DNA of 64,000 bases from Aureliella sp. (GTDB lineage Bacteria; Planctomycetota; Planctomycetia; Pirellulales; Pirellulaceae), in the NCBI GenBank assembly GCA_963691875.1, contig OY829846.1, positions 3,168,001 to 3,232,000 on the forward strand, in the 5' to 3' direction. The notes under the pieces were generated by a model, which was given only the letters and a program-made list of their open reading frames with translations, was not told the origin of the DNA and did not search any database. Numbering within the stretch: position 1 is the stretch's first letter; each line of letters begins with the position of its first letter. Below, piece after piece: positions 9,708-18,994 of this stretch. The position numbers were made by a program, and so were the translations under genes.

Positions 9708-11093
9708 ATGAGTAGTAATTGCTTTGATGTGATCGTCATTGGGACGGGGCCAGGCGGCGAAGGTGCTGCAATGCAGGCATCCAAAGAAGGCAAACGCGTC
9801 GCGGTGTTTGAGAAATACTCAAGAATCGGCGGTGGCTGCACTCACTGGGGAACGATCCCTAGTAAGGCCTTGCGTTTTTCAATCTACGCGATGATGGAAG
9901 CTCTGCAAAACCCGGTGGTCCGCGAACTCGGCGTGCGCGCCCAGCCGACTTTAGCCCAGCTTCGGGCGAGTAGTCGATCCATTATTGCCAAGCAAGAATC
10001 CATGCGCGAAATGTTCTATCAGCGCAATGGCGTACCCGTTGTTCATGGTACAGCTGGTTTTGTTGATGCGAACACAATTCAAATCGAAGATGGCACCCAG
10101 TACAAGGCTGATCATTTCGTGATCGCTACCGGTTCGCGTCCTTATCGCCCTGACTACGTCGACTTTGACCATCCACGAATTTATGACAGCGACACGATAC
10201 TGACTCTAGAAGAGCGCCCGCAGTCCATCACGATTTATGGCGCAGGTGTGATTGGTTGTGAGTACGCGTCGATGATGCGTAACCTTGGCATCAAAGTTAA
10301 TTTGGTGAATACACGCAGCGACTTGCTTGAGTTTCTCGACGACGAAATCTGCGATGCACTTTCCTACCATCTTCGTGATCAAGGTGTTTTGATTCGGCAT
10401 GATGAAGCCTGCGAGAAGGTAGAAGGTTGCGACGATGGTGTAGTGCTTCACCTGAAAAGCGGTAAGCAGATCAAGACCGACATCTTCCTTTGGTCCAACG
10501 GGCGAAGCGGCAATTACGAGGGATTGAATCTAGAGAATGTGGGCCTGGAGGTGAACAGTCGCGGACAACTACAGGTTGACGAGAACTTCCAGACCGGAGT
10601 AGAAAACATCTATGCCGTCGGCGACATCATTGGCTATCCATCGCTTGCAAGTGCGGCGTACATGCAAGGTAGAGCAGCGGCGCAGCAGATCACCGGATGC
10701 ACCGACACGTGTATGCGCATCACGGATATTCCCACTGGAATTTATACTTCGCCGGAGATTAGCTCCATCGGACGGACCGAGCGCGAGCTAACAGCCGACA
10801 ACGTGCCGTATGAAGTCGGGCACTCGCAGTTTAAGAGTATGGCTCGTGCTCAGATTACAGGACGCACAGTTGGTGTCCTTAAGATACTGTTCCACCGCGA
10901 GACACTTGAGGTACTCGGCGTCCATTGCTTTGGTGCCAACGCCTCGGAGATCATTCACATCGGTCAAGCCGTGATGAAGCAGCCTGCTCCGCACAACTCA
11001 ATAGAATACTTTGTTAACACCACCTTCAATTATCCTACGATGGCCGAGGCTTATCGAGTCGCAGCACTAAACGGCATGAATCGCCTATTTTAG
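9708..11093 (+). CDS. sthA: Soluble pyridine nucleotide (NAD(P)+) transhydrogenase
   Basis: '[10 protein letters not shown]', single-Cys '[15 protein letters not shown]', '[12 protein letters not shown]' and C-terminal '[24 protein letters not shown]' are diagnostic of SthA. Confidence 0.95.
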   Translation: MSSNCFDVIVIGTGPGGEGAAMQASKEGKRVAVFEKYSRIGGGCTHWGTIPSKALRFSIYAMMEALQNPVVRELGVRAQPTLAQLRASSRSIIAKQESMREMFYQRNGVPVVHGTAGFVDANTIQIEDGTQYKADHFVIATGSRPYRPDYVDFDHPRIYDSDTILTLEERPQSITIYGAGVIGCEYASMMRNLGIKVNLVNTRSDLLEFLDDEICDALSYHLRDQGVLIRHDEACEKVEGCDDGVVLHLKSGKQIKTDIFLWSNGRSGNYEGLNLENVGLEVNSRGQLQVDENFQTGVENIYAVGDIIGYPSLASAAYMQGRAAAQQITGCTDTCMRITDIPTGIYTSPEISSIGRTERELTADNVPYEVGHSQFKSMARAQITGRTVGVLKILFHRETLEVLGVHCFGANASEIIHIGQAVMKQPAPHNSIEYFVNTTFNYPTMAEAYRVAALNGMNRLF

Positions 11094-11219
11094 AGTAGCT
11101 AATAGCTCTTGCGGTTGGCAATTGGCGCTTCGCGATCGGTCGCGATGCTTGGATACTCAATTAGACAAGGACGACATGCCAGCGAGTGAGTCTCGACGAC
11201 CTCACTGCGGATTTGGACG

Positions 11220-11245
11220 CCAAAAGTCTTAACGACTTCCGCTAC
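11220..11245 (-). repeat. REP-like 26-mer, best-conserved copy
   Basis: Reverse complement GTAGCGGAAGTCGTTAAGACTTTTGG. Related copies at 3978, 11976, 15937 and 56434. Confidence 0.6.
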
Positions 11246-11341
11246 GAGTTTGCGAACATGTGGCTGCCGAAATACGTCCGATAATCAGCCAACTGCGAAT
11301 CACTAATCGCCAACTGCTAAAAGAAGCCCAAAAGCGCTTTC

Positions 11342-11953
11342 ATGAATATTGCGATCGTTGACTATCAAATGGGAAACTTGCGAAGTGTCCAGAAAGCGCT
11401 GGAGCACGTGGGTTTCGAAGCGAGTGTAACTTCGGATCCTGATGAAATTCGCAAGGCCGATAAAGTTATTCTGCCAGGCGTTGGCGGCTTCGGCGATGCA
11501 ATCCGAGAGCTCAAATCACGGAACCTGGACGCGCCGATCGTCGAGTCCATCGAAGCGGGAAAGCCATTCCTAGGCATCTGCCTTGGCCTGCAGATGCTCT
11601 TCGAAGTCGGATTGGAGGGCGGAGAGCACACAGGCCTTGGAGTGCTGCCTGGCCGCGTCGAGCGTTTTCCTCCAATGGATCCCCTCAAAGTTCCGCACAT
11701 GGGTTGGAATCAACTTTCCATTGACAAGCAAGACTGCCCACTGCTACGTGGCATTCCAGAATCAGCATATTTTTATTTCGTTCACAGCTATTTTGTAAAG
11801 CCCGCCAAGTCCGATGTTCAGTGGCTTGGATGCGAGTACGGCATCCCGTTCTGTGCCGCAGTCTGGCGCGACAACATGTTCGCTACTCAGTTCCACCCTG
11901 AGAAGAGCCAAGAAAGCGGCTTGCAAATTTTGAAGAACTTTGGCGAGCTTTGA
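11342..11953 (+). CDS. hisH: Imidazole glycerol phosphate synthase glutaminase subunit
   Basis: 'GNLRSV', 'LPGVG', 'GICLGLQML', 'KVPHMGWN', 'YFVHSY', 'QFHPEKS'. Confidence 0.97.
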   Translation: MNIAIVDYQMGNLRSVQKALEHVGFEASVTSDPDEIRKADKVILPGVGGFGDAIRELKSRNLDAPIVESIEAGKPFLGICLGLQMLFEVGLEGGEHTGLGVLPGRVERFPPMDPLKVPHMGWNQLSIDKQDCPLLRGIPESAYFYFVHSYFVKPAKSDVQWLGCEYGIPFCAAVWRDNMFATQFHPEKSQESGLQILKNFGEL

Positions 11954-11975
11954 ACCACTGGCTTGGCGAAATCTT

Positions 11976-12001
11976 GTTGCAAAAGTTCTTAAGACTTTCG
12001 G
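11976..12001 (+). repeat. REP-like 26-mer, degenerate copy
   Basis: GTTGCAAAAGTTCTTAAGACTTTCGG just downstream of hisH. Confidence 0.45.
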
Positions 12002-12291
12002 TGGCCACGCCGACATAGGCCGATAATGAGCGAAGCGATGTTACAGCCTCCTCATACCCGGCAACTTCACCGCAGGACGTCCCAAAGCAAGCCGCCGCCG
12101 GCTGAAGGTTATCCAGCGATGGCGATTCGAGAAATAAAACGGAATGAATCCAAGACGGCCGATCCTCTCGCGACGACTTTTCGAACTCGCTGCCATGCGC
12201 TATCCTCTACGGCTATGCTTTTAGGACATTTCGAGTTCGGTGAGTCGTCGCGCCACAGCTTTCGCGGCAGATTGATAGATAGGAAGAATCT

Positions 12292-13014
12292 ATGAGTGAT
12301 TTGGCTGGTCGCAAGGTAGTTATCGTTGGGGGCGGCACCGGAATGGGGCGTGCTACGGCCGAGAGCCTGGCTGCTGCTGGAGCTGAAGTATTAATCGGCG
12401 GACGCCGGCAAGCTGTCTTGGATGAGGTTGCAGGAGGCACTTCCATCAAGACTCGGACGATCGATGTTTCGAATCGTGAGGACACCAATACCTTCTTCGC
12501 CTGGGCTCATGAAGAACTAGGGCACATCGATGTGATGATGAATGCTGCAGGGATAAATATCAAAAACCGCAGCATGGCTGAGATGTCGCCCGAGCAGTGG
12601 GATCAAGTCTTGGCGATCAATGCGACCGGTGCCTACAACTGTATGCACGCAACGCTGCCATCGATGCGTGAGCGAAAAGAAGGGCTGATCATCAACGTGA
12701 CCTCGGTCGCCGGTAAAAGAGCAATCGCACTTGGCGGCATTGCCTATTCCGCCAGCAAATTTGCGATGACCTCGCTTGGCACATGTGTCGCGAATGAAGT
12801 CGCCGAAGACGGAATTCGGATCACCAATGTCTACCCCGGTGAAGTAAACACTCCGTTGCTCGAGCAACGCCCGACTGCAGTGAGCGAAGAACACAAGCAA
12901 CGCATCTTGCAGCCTGAACATGTCGCTGCCGCGTTAGTCTCACTCATTGCCTTGCCTACCGAAGTGCACATACCGGAACTGGTCATCAAGCCACTTTCTC
13001 AAGGCTGGTACTGA
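12292..13014 (+). CDS. Short-chain dehydrogenase/reductase (SDR)
   Basis: 'GGGTGMG' Rossmann motif, 'NAAG', catalytic 'YSASK' and 'PGEVNT'. Confidence 0.92.
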   Translation: MSDLAGRKVVIVGGGTGMGRATAESLAAAGAEVLIGGRRQAVLDEVAGGTSIKTRTIDVSNREDTNTFFAWAHEELGHIDVMMNAAGINIKNRSMAEMSPEQWDQVLAINATGAYNCMHATLPSMRERKEGLIINVTSVAGKRAIALGGIAYSASKFAMTSLGTCVANEVAEDGIRITNVYPGEVNTPLLEQRPTAVSEEHKQRILQPEHVAAALVSLIALPTEVHIPELVIKPLSQGWY

Positions 13015-13155
13015 CCAGCAGTAGCGGGGCGCGCCAAACGCTTTGGATTCAGTGGGTCTGCCGATAGTCCTAACTAAATCCCTAGCCTCCTTCGGGCTCC
13101 AACAATCGATGCGGACAGTTCAGGTCGCGAAGGTGTATCCTCTTCGATAAAATAG

Positions 13156-13760
13156 GATTCGCTTTTCACCACTGCCGATGGAACGCTGTATGTTCCCCAA
13201 TGTATATTTCGACCGCACTTGGCTATCGATGATTCGCGTGACGACCGTCAATGCCCTCGATGCAATAAAGATTTCGAAGCAATCTTCGAACGTGAAGCAT
13301 GCCCCAACTGCAGTCTCTTCTTTCGCCGAGATCGTAACGCGCAACCAATCGGCATCACGCCAACTTTTGTCACGCCTTTGCAGTTCGAACCTGTAGACGA
13401 ACTTTGCGCTTCGTCGTTTGAGACAATCCATTTCGGTGGCGGCCCAATTTTTCAATCTGATCGTAATGGTGCCTATCCCGACCTCGCTACTGTCCATTCT
13501 CAGCTGCTTGCGAAATTCGAAGCCATAACCCGCTCAATTCGCCCTCATCTTCCGAACAACGCGTCATCTGATTGTGAAGCTAGTTCACTTGCGGATTATG
13601 ATAGCCATGCGATCTCAGCAAAACTCGTTGCTTAGGATCATGGCAACAGACACTATCAGCTCGTCTGCTAACTTACACATGATTGCGGCTCAGTTGATGA
13701 CGTTGTTGATCGCAATGTGGAATGGCATTCGCAAGACAGACATCAAGGTCGCTAAACGAG
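13156..13760 (+). pseudogene. Possible decayed gene with a CxxC-x12-CxxC zinc ribbon
   Basis: ORF 13219-13635 contains CPRC...CPNC. The frame reads protein-like beyond in-frame stops at 13153 (TAG), 13633 (TAG) and ~13667 (TAA). No good start or RBS. Confidence 0.3.
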
Positions 13761-13860
13761 GAGTGCACTTCGCTCTAAGTCCCGCTTTTATGCGAACGTT
13801 CTCCCGATCCGACACTTCCGCTCAACCATAATCAGCAGTCCGCTGGACAGCGGTTCCAGT

Positions 13861-13980
13861 GATCGGTCTTGGCGCTAGCCGCCGGTTCTTGAGTTCGTCA
13901 TACATCACCTATGCGGAAACTGCCGAAACAACTCCTGCCTGCTCGCGAGAAGCCCGAGGCATCAGGACGTGCGGCTCAAT
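13861..13980 (+). repeat. ~120-bp degenerate intergenic repeat, copy 2
   Basis: GATCGGTCTTGGCGCTAGCCGCCGGTTCTT...GCCCGAGGC...GCGGCTCA is colinear with 2821-2940. Confidence 0.55.
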
Positions 13981-14000
13981 CTAGTACAGGAGATCACTGC

Positions 14001-15719
14001 TTACTCATCAGCCGCCTTCTCAGCGATCTTTGATTCCCATTCATCCAGTGGCGGACGGGCAGGCTTGGGCGGCATGGCAGCCTGCAGTTCGTGGCCAACA
14101 TGCAAAAGCTTGGACTCTTGGTAGGCAGCTGCCGTTAGCTTCACGACACCAGGTAGTTCAATATCTCGAGACTTGTCAGCCCCACAAGCCACCACAATCG
14201 ACGGATGCCCGGTGAGATTGGTTAGCAACAAGTCATTAGCTCCGATGACCACATCCACTTGAGCGAACTTTTCTTCTGCTTCCGCCACCATCTGGCTTCG
14301 CATCCGATTGGCTCGCAAGTATTGCACCGCCGGGGTGAACTGGGCCTCGCGGAATGTGCGAGGCCAAAGTCCATAGTCGGCGTTTTGGTCTTCGCGAAAC
14401 GCATCGTCGAACACGGTGGTCGCTTCGACACCCAGAATGAAACTCATCGCACTGGTCGGAAGCGTGCTCGTCAGATCCAACTCGACAACTTTTGCTCCCT
14501 CGGCTTCCAGAAACGCAAGAGCATTTTTCTCGGCGGAGGCCATGCGATCTCCCGTCACACCGACTTTCAGCGATTTTAAGCTGTGCTCCACCGGCCACTT
14601 AAACCCGCGTTCCACCAAAGTCGGATCCTTGCCATCTTGGCCCAGCAAAGCAGGGAAAACCAAGGCGAGATCTTCGATGTGCCGAGCGATGGGGCCAATC
14701 TTATCCATCGACCATGACAACGGCATGCATCCAGCACGACTCACTCGGCCAAACGTGGGCCTCAATCCACTTGTCCGACAACGGCGCGTTGGAGAGACGA
14801 TGCTGCCAAGCGTCTCACTTCCTAGTGCAAAAGAGGCGAGTCCCGCAGCGATGGCAGAAGCACTTCCCGCCGATGATCCGCTGCTGCCTTGCTCTGGATT
14901 CCATGGATTGCGAGTCGTTCCGCCGAACCATTTGTCACCCCAAGCAAGTGCTCCAAGCGTGACCTTGGCCATCAACACCGCGCCAGCTTGCTCGAGTTTT
15001 TCCGCAACGGTGGCGGTTGTGTTTCGCACCTGATCCTTGAAAGGCTCTGCTCCCCACGTAGTCTTCCATGGAGGAACAGCCACCAGATCCTTGGCCAGCC
15101 ATGGAATCCCATCCAGCACTCCGCGAGTCTCGCCTTTTGCCCGCCGCTCATCCGACGCATCTGACTGCTTCAGCGCGTGTTCTTCCAACATCGTGACGAC
15201 GCACTTGAGCAAGGGATCGTATTTTTTCAAACGTCCGAGGTAGAGTTCTGTCAATTCACGACTCGAGATCTCCTTGCGAGCCAGCAAAGATGCTTGCTCA
15301 CTAATACGAGCGAACGCAAGATCTTCGTCACTACCTCGTCTCGCAGCATCAGCGATAGAAAAGGCAACTTGGAGTCCGCTGTGCTCGGCAGATTCCGGGT
15401 TTGTTTGCCGATAGAAGAAGTCGGGGCGAAAGACAAGGGCGGGTACGGAGTCCGCATCAACAGGTTGTTCTCTAAGTCTTTGGGCAGAGCGCAGCGTGCC
15501 GCCAATAGCTGATGCAACATCTTCACGTTCTTCGTCGCTGAGTTCGATGCCAGCGATCCATTCCGAAGCGCCGATCATGTCCTTTGTGATCTTTCCCGAT
15601 TGCGCGACTTGAGCTGCAAGGCTACGATGAAAAACGGTCGTGCCGATTCCTAATCCTCCGAGACAGGCGAGGAATTGCCGCCGTGGATTTCCGCTGGCTG
15701 CTTGGTTTGTGTCAGGCAT
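14001..15719 (-). CDS. Amidase signature family protein (GatA-like) with a Tat signal
   Basis: 'RRQFL' twin-arginine motif, catalytic 'AKDL', 'SGSSAGS' and 'GSETLGSIVSP'. Start chosen at ATG 15719 after a GAGGAA RBS. Confidence 0.9.
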   Translation of the reverse strand: MPDTNQAASGNPRRQFLACLGGLGIGTTVFHRSLAAQVAQSGKITKDMIGASEWIAGIELSDEEREDVASAIGGTLRSAQRLREQPVDADSVPALVFRPDFFYRQTNPESAEHSGLQVAFSIADAARRGSDEDLAFARISEQASLLARKEISSRELTELYLGRLKKYDPLLKCVVTMLEEHALKQSDASDERRAKGETRGVLDGIPWLAKDLVAVPPWKTTWGAEPFKDQVRNTTATVAEKLEQAGAVLMAKVTLGALAWGDKWFGGTTRNPWNPEQGSSGSSAGSASAIAAGLASFALGSETLGSIVSPTRRCRTSGLRPTFGRVSRAGCMPLSWSMDKIGPIARHIEDLALVFPALLGQDGKDPTLVERGFKWPVEHSLKSLKVGVTGDRMASAEKNALAFLEAEGAKVVELDLTSTLPTSAMSFILGVEATTVFDDAFREDQNADYGLWPRTFREAQFTPAVQYLRANRMRSQMVAEAEEKFAQVDVVIGANDLLLTNLTGHPSIVVACGADKSRDIELPGVVKLTAAAYQESKLLHVGHELQAAMPPKPARPPLDEWESKIAEKAADE

Positions 15720-15936
15720 GAGAATTTCCTCAAGGAATGGCGAGTAGCTATCTGCTTCTGTCCGCATCATCGTATTTCGCGGCGTTCGCTAAGCCTACTC
15801 CACTTCGGTTTGGTGAGGAATGGAGTTTCGGAGGCTTCAGTCCAACACCCGTCACGTAACTCTACTCCCCCTCGAAATTCGACATTCCGTATTCAAAATT
15901 CGATGTTCAATCTTTCTCCGAACTAGCCCGTAAGTG

Positions 15937-15960
15937 CCAAAAGTCTTGACGAATTCAGAC
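15937..15960 (-). repeat. REP-like 26-mer, partial copy
   Basis: CCAAAAGTCTTGACGAATTC matches the copy at 11220. Confidence 0.45.
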
Positions 15961-16145
15961 CCTAGAAGCCTCCGATACGGGATACACCGTTGTAGACGCG
16001 CAAACTGCCAGTTGTGAAGCACAAAATGCCACCCCGAGCTTTGCCATTGCCCGCGAGCATGTCTCAATCATCCCTTTCTCACTCAATCTTCGGGCTTTGG
16101 TTGTTCTCGCACTCGTCGTGAAATTTATAATGTTCAATGGAAATT

Positions 16146-16185
16146 GCTTGGCATGAATGTTGCTAGCTTGGCATGAATGTTGCTA
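16146..16185 (+). promoter_or_regulatory. Perfect 20-bp tandem duplication, each unit holding a sigma-54 (-24/-12) promoter motif
   Basis: (GCTTGGCATGAATGTTGCTA)x2. Each unit is TTGGCA-TGAATG-TTGCT, with GG-N10-GC spacing. Confidence 0.7.
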
Positions 16186-16341
16186 ACATGTCTGCTCCGT
16201 AACTTTCAGCAGCACGATCGCTTGAATTCGCAAGTTGCTTGATAAGCGAAGTGCTAATCCAACGACTCCCTCGAAACCGGGAGAGCGAAAAGTTGATCGA
16301 GTTAGGCCGGGCCCGACCCATCATTCTTTTCCATTAGAGAA

Positions 16342-17472
16342 ATGAAGAAATCCATGCGATTAATGCATCGAAACATATTAGCCGCCACCGCGTTTGCCTT
16401 ACTTTTCTCATCCGTGGCTTCGGCTCAGCAGCAAACGTCCACCGATCTCCCGTCATGGAAAAAATCGATGAATCGCGGAGTGGAATATCTCCGTGTGCGT
16501 GGTCAAGCAACTGATGGATCGTTTTCGGGTAGCACCGGCATTGGACCAACGGGATTGGTTGTAAGCGCGCTATTGCACTCGGGACTGACTAAGCAAGATC
16601 CGATGGTCTCCAAGGGATTGAAGTACTTGGAGAAGCATGTCCAGGCGGATGGCGGCATCTACGCTAAGAATTCTCTTCACCGAAACTACGACACCTGCAT
16701 TGCCATGATTGCCTTTTCAAAAGCAAATCAAGACGGAAGTTACTCTGCGATAGTCAATCGCGCGGAGCTCTTCGTGAAGCAGATTCAAATGGACGATTCA
16801 GAGGGCCGCACGGCTAGCGATTTGGACTTTGGCGGAGCAGGCTACGGCAAGCATCAGCGGCCTGACCTTTCGAATACAACTTACCTGGTCGACGCCTTGC
16901 ACGAGCTGGGACGCGGCTCCGATGACGAAGCGATCCAAAAGGCGCTGGCATTTGTGTCACGTTGCCAAAATCTAGAAGGGCCGCACAACAATTCTCCTCA
17001 TGCTGCCAAAATCAACGACGGAGGCTTTTATTACACCGTTGCAAACGGTGGCGAAACGAAGGCGGGAACCACGGAAAATGGCGGGTTGCGGAGTTATGGC
17101 TCGATGACGTATGCAGGGCTAAAGAGCATGATTTATGCAGGGCTTTCGAAGGACGATCCGCGCGTAGCAGCTGCGGTCGAGTTTTTGCGAAAGCACTATA
17201 GTTTGGAAAAGAATCCAGGCATGGACCAACAAGGGCTCTTTTACTATTACCATACGATGGCCAAGGCCTTGGACGCTTTGGGGGGGGATGAGTTTGTGGA
17301 TGCCAAAGGCGTGAAGCACTCCTGGCGTACTGAGATGCGCCAGAAACTTTTCTCGATTCAGCAAGAAGATGGCAGTTGGCTCAATCCAACCACGCGTTGG
17401 ATGGAAGGTGATCCGAATCTGGTCACCGCATACACCTTGATGGCTCTCAAGTATTGTGAGCCGAAGAAGTAG
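16342..17472 (+). CDS. Secreted prenyltransferase/squalene-oxidase-repeat (alpha/alpha-barrel) protein
   Basis: Signal peptide ending 'VASAQ'. QW-like repeats 'QATDGSF', 'QADGGIY', 'NDGGFYY', 'QQEDGSW'. Confidence 0.85.
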   Translation: MKKSMRLMHRNILAATAFALLFSSVASAQQQTSTDLPSWKKSMNRGVEYLRVRGQATDGSFSGSTGIGPTGLVVSALLHSGLTKQDPMVSKGLKYLEKHVQADGGIYAKNSLHRNYDTCIAMIAFSKANQDGSYSAIVNRAELFVKQIQMDDSEGRTASDLDFGGAGYGKHQRPDLSNTTYLVDALHELGRGSDDEAIQKALAFVSRCQNLEGPHNNSPHAAKINDGGFYYTVANGGETKAGTTENGGLRSYGSMTYAGLKSMIYAGLSKDDPRVAAAVEFLRKHYSLEKNPGMDQQGLFYYYHTMAKALDALGGDEFVDAKGVKHSWRTEMRQKLFSIQQEDGSWLNPTTRWMEGDPNLVTAYTLMALKYCEPKK

Positions 17473-17505
17473 CCTTGAGGCTGCTCATGGAGTTCCGGAA
17501 CAAGC

Positions 17506-17655
17506 ATGGAAACACCGATTCGCTACGCCGCCTTGTTGATCTTTCTGATCATTGTAGTTGCTGTCGCCTTTGCGCTCAGTGATGGCATCCCGATCGGACG
17601 AGGTGGCGGTGGTGGACCAATTGTAGAAGGTTCGCTGCACAAAACATTTCTGTAG
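17506..17655 (+). CDS. Small (49 aa) single-TM protein, not in the ORF track
   Basis: METPIRYAALLIFLIIVVAVAFALSDGIPIGRGGGGGPIVEGSLHKTFL*. It fills the gap between two co-oriented genes. Confidence 0.5.
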   Translation: METPIRYAALLIFLIIVVAVAFALSDGIPIGRGGGGGPIVEGSLHKTFL

Positions 17656-17670
17656 CTAGGTCTGAATCGT

Positions 17671-18843
17671 GTGTCTCACTTACTTGTTTTAGAACCCTTC
17701 GGTGGCGGCAGTCATGCGAGCCTTTATCGCGGTTGGAGCAAGTACTCGCGCCACGAGTTCACGGTTCTCGAGTTGCCTGCGGTGCATTGGAAATGGCGTT
17801 CCCGTCATGCTTCTCTAAGTTTGGCTCGACAGGCGAATGAACTTTCCGCAAAAGGTAAGTGCTTCGACGCGATCTTTTGCAGCGACATGCTGAACTTGCC
17901 CGAATGGCGAGGGCTTGCCTGCGACGAGTTGTCCTTGCTGCCTGCGGTCACTTACTTTCACGAAAACCAGTTCACTTATCCGCTGGCTGAAGGCCAAATG
18001 CGTGATTATCACTTCGCGTACACCAACATCCTGAGTGTCATTGCGTCCGAAGCGATTTGGTTTAACTCGCAGTTTCATCTCACCGAATTTCGACAGTCAG
18101 CGCTTGCCTGGTTGCGGAAAATGCCGGACTTCAAGCATGTGGACCTGCTAGAGGCAGAGTTGGGAAATGCGATCGTTTTGCCGCCTGGAATTGAGCGGTT
18201 GCGATCCCCGGATTCTCAGTATGCTTCCGGCCAGAACGGTGTTAAGGATGGCTCGCGTCCCATTCGGTTGGGCTGGGTATCGCGATGGGAACACGACAAG
18301 CGCCCCGACATCTTCGTGAAGGCGGTAGAGCAGCTACTTGAATCTAGAATCGACTTCGAGCTCATTCTGCTTGGGCAGCAATTCACGCAAAAGCCCGCGA
18401 GTTTCCAGCACTTGTTGAAAATTGCGGAATCGCGGGTAATTCACGGGTGTTTTGCCGAGAGCAAGGAGGAATACTGGTCCTGGCTCGGGAAGATGGATTT
18501 CGTAATCTCGACGGCCGACCATGAATTTTTTGGAATCGGTATCTGTGAAGCGATTGCAGCTGGCGCTCGACCGGTTCTGCCTCGGAAACTAGCTTATCCT
18601 GAAGTCCTCGAGCTCGGGCAAAATCCAGATCGAGGCTGCTTTTTCTATGAAACCGCGCAAGAGCGCCATGCAGATGGCTGCAGCGTTACCGCCAGGAACT
18701 TGGTGAAGTGCTTACTCGATCAGCTTAGGTATCAAGAGTCTGAAGAGCCTCCTGCGCTAGATGTGAAGATGTATTTTTGGCAGAACCTCGCCCGGCGATA
18801 TGACGAACAAATTGAAAAGCTCTTGTCGCGGGCAGGCGATTAG
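17671..18843 (+). CDS. GT-B glycosyltransferase with a DUF3524 (GTDC1/tRNA-queuosine mannosyltransferase-like) N-terminal domain
   Basis: 'LEPFGGGSH', 'HWKWR', 'YFHENQFTYP', 'WFNSQFH', 'RWEHDKRP', 'STADHEFFGIGICEAIAAG', 'LAYPE'. Confidence 0.85.
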   Translation: MSHLLVLEPFGGGSHASLYRGWSKYSRHEFTVLELPAVHWKWRSRHASLSLARQANELSAKGKCFDAIFCSDMLNLPEWRGLACDELSLLPAVTYFHENQFTYPLAEGQMRDYHFAYTNILSVIASEAIWFNSQFHLTEFRQSALAWLRKMPDFKHVDLLEAELGNAIVLPPGIERLRSPDSQYASGQNGVKDGSRPIRLGWVSRWEHDKRPDIFVKAVEQLLESRIDFELILLGQQFTQKPASFQHLLKIAESRVIHGCFAESKEEYWSWLGKMDFVISTADHEFFGIGICEAIAAGARPVLPRKLAYPEVLELGQNPDRGCFFYETAQERHADGCSVTARNLVKCLLDQLRYQESEEPPALDVKMYFWQNLARRYDEQIEKLLSRAGD

Positions 18844-18994
18844 GCGACCGGCAAAAGAACCCCAACCAATGGATCGGGTATTCACACAGCAAAATACTGC
18901 TTGAAAAAAAAGTTGGATTGGCAAATCCTTTCTCGCCTTCCGCCTTGAGAACTTATCATGGTGTGAGCTCCAGGTATCTTTTGAGGAAAAATCG

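Noticed and set aside
9708..11093. Dihydrolipoamide dehydrogenase call
   Set aside because: The redox CxxxxC is replaced by CTHWGT and the C-terminus is NYPTMAEAY, which is diagnostic of SthA.
17280..17287. G8 homopolymer as a phase-variation tract
   Set aside because: It is short and in frame (TTG GGG GGG GAT), and the ORF is intact. Nothing indicates slippage.
16342..17472. Squalene-hopene cyclase / hopanoid synthesis
   Set aside because: Only 376 aa, has a signal peptide, and the DxDD motif is absent (DLSNT instead).
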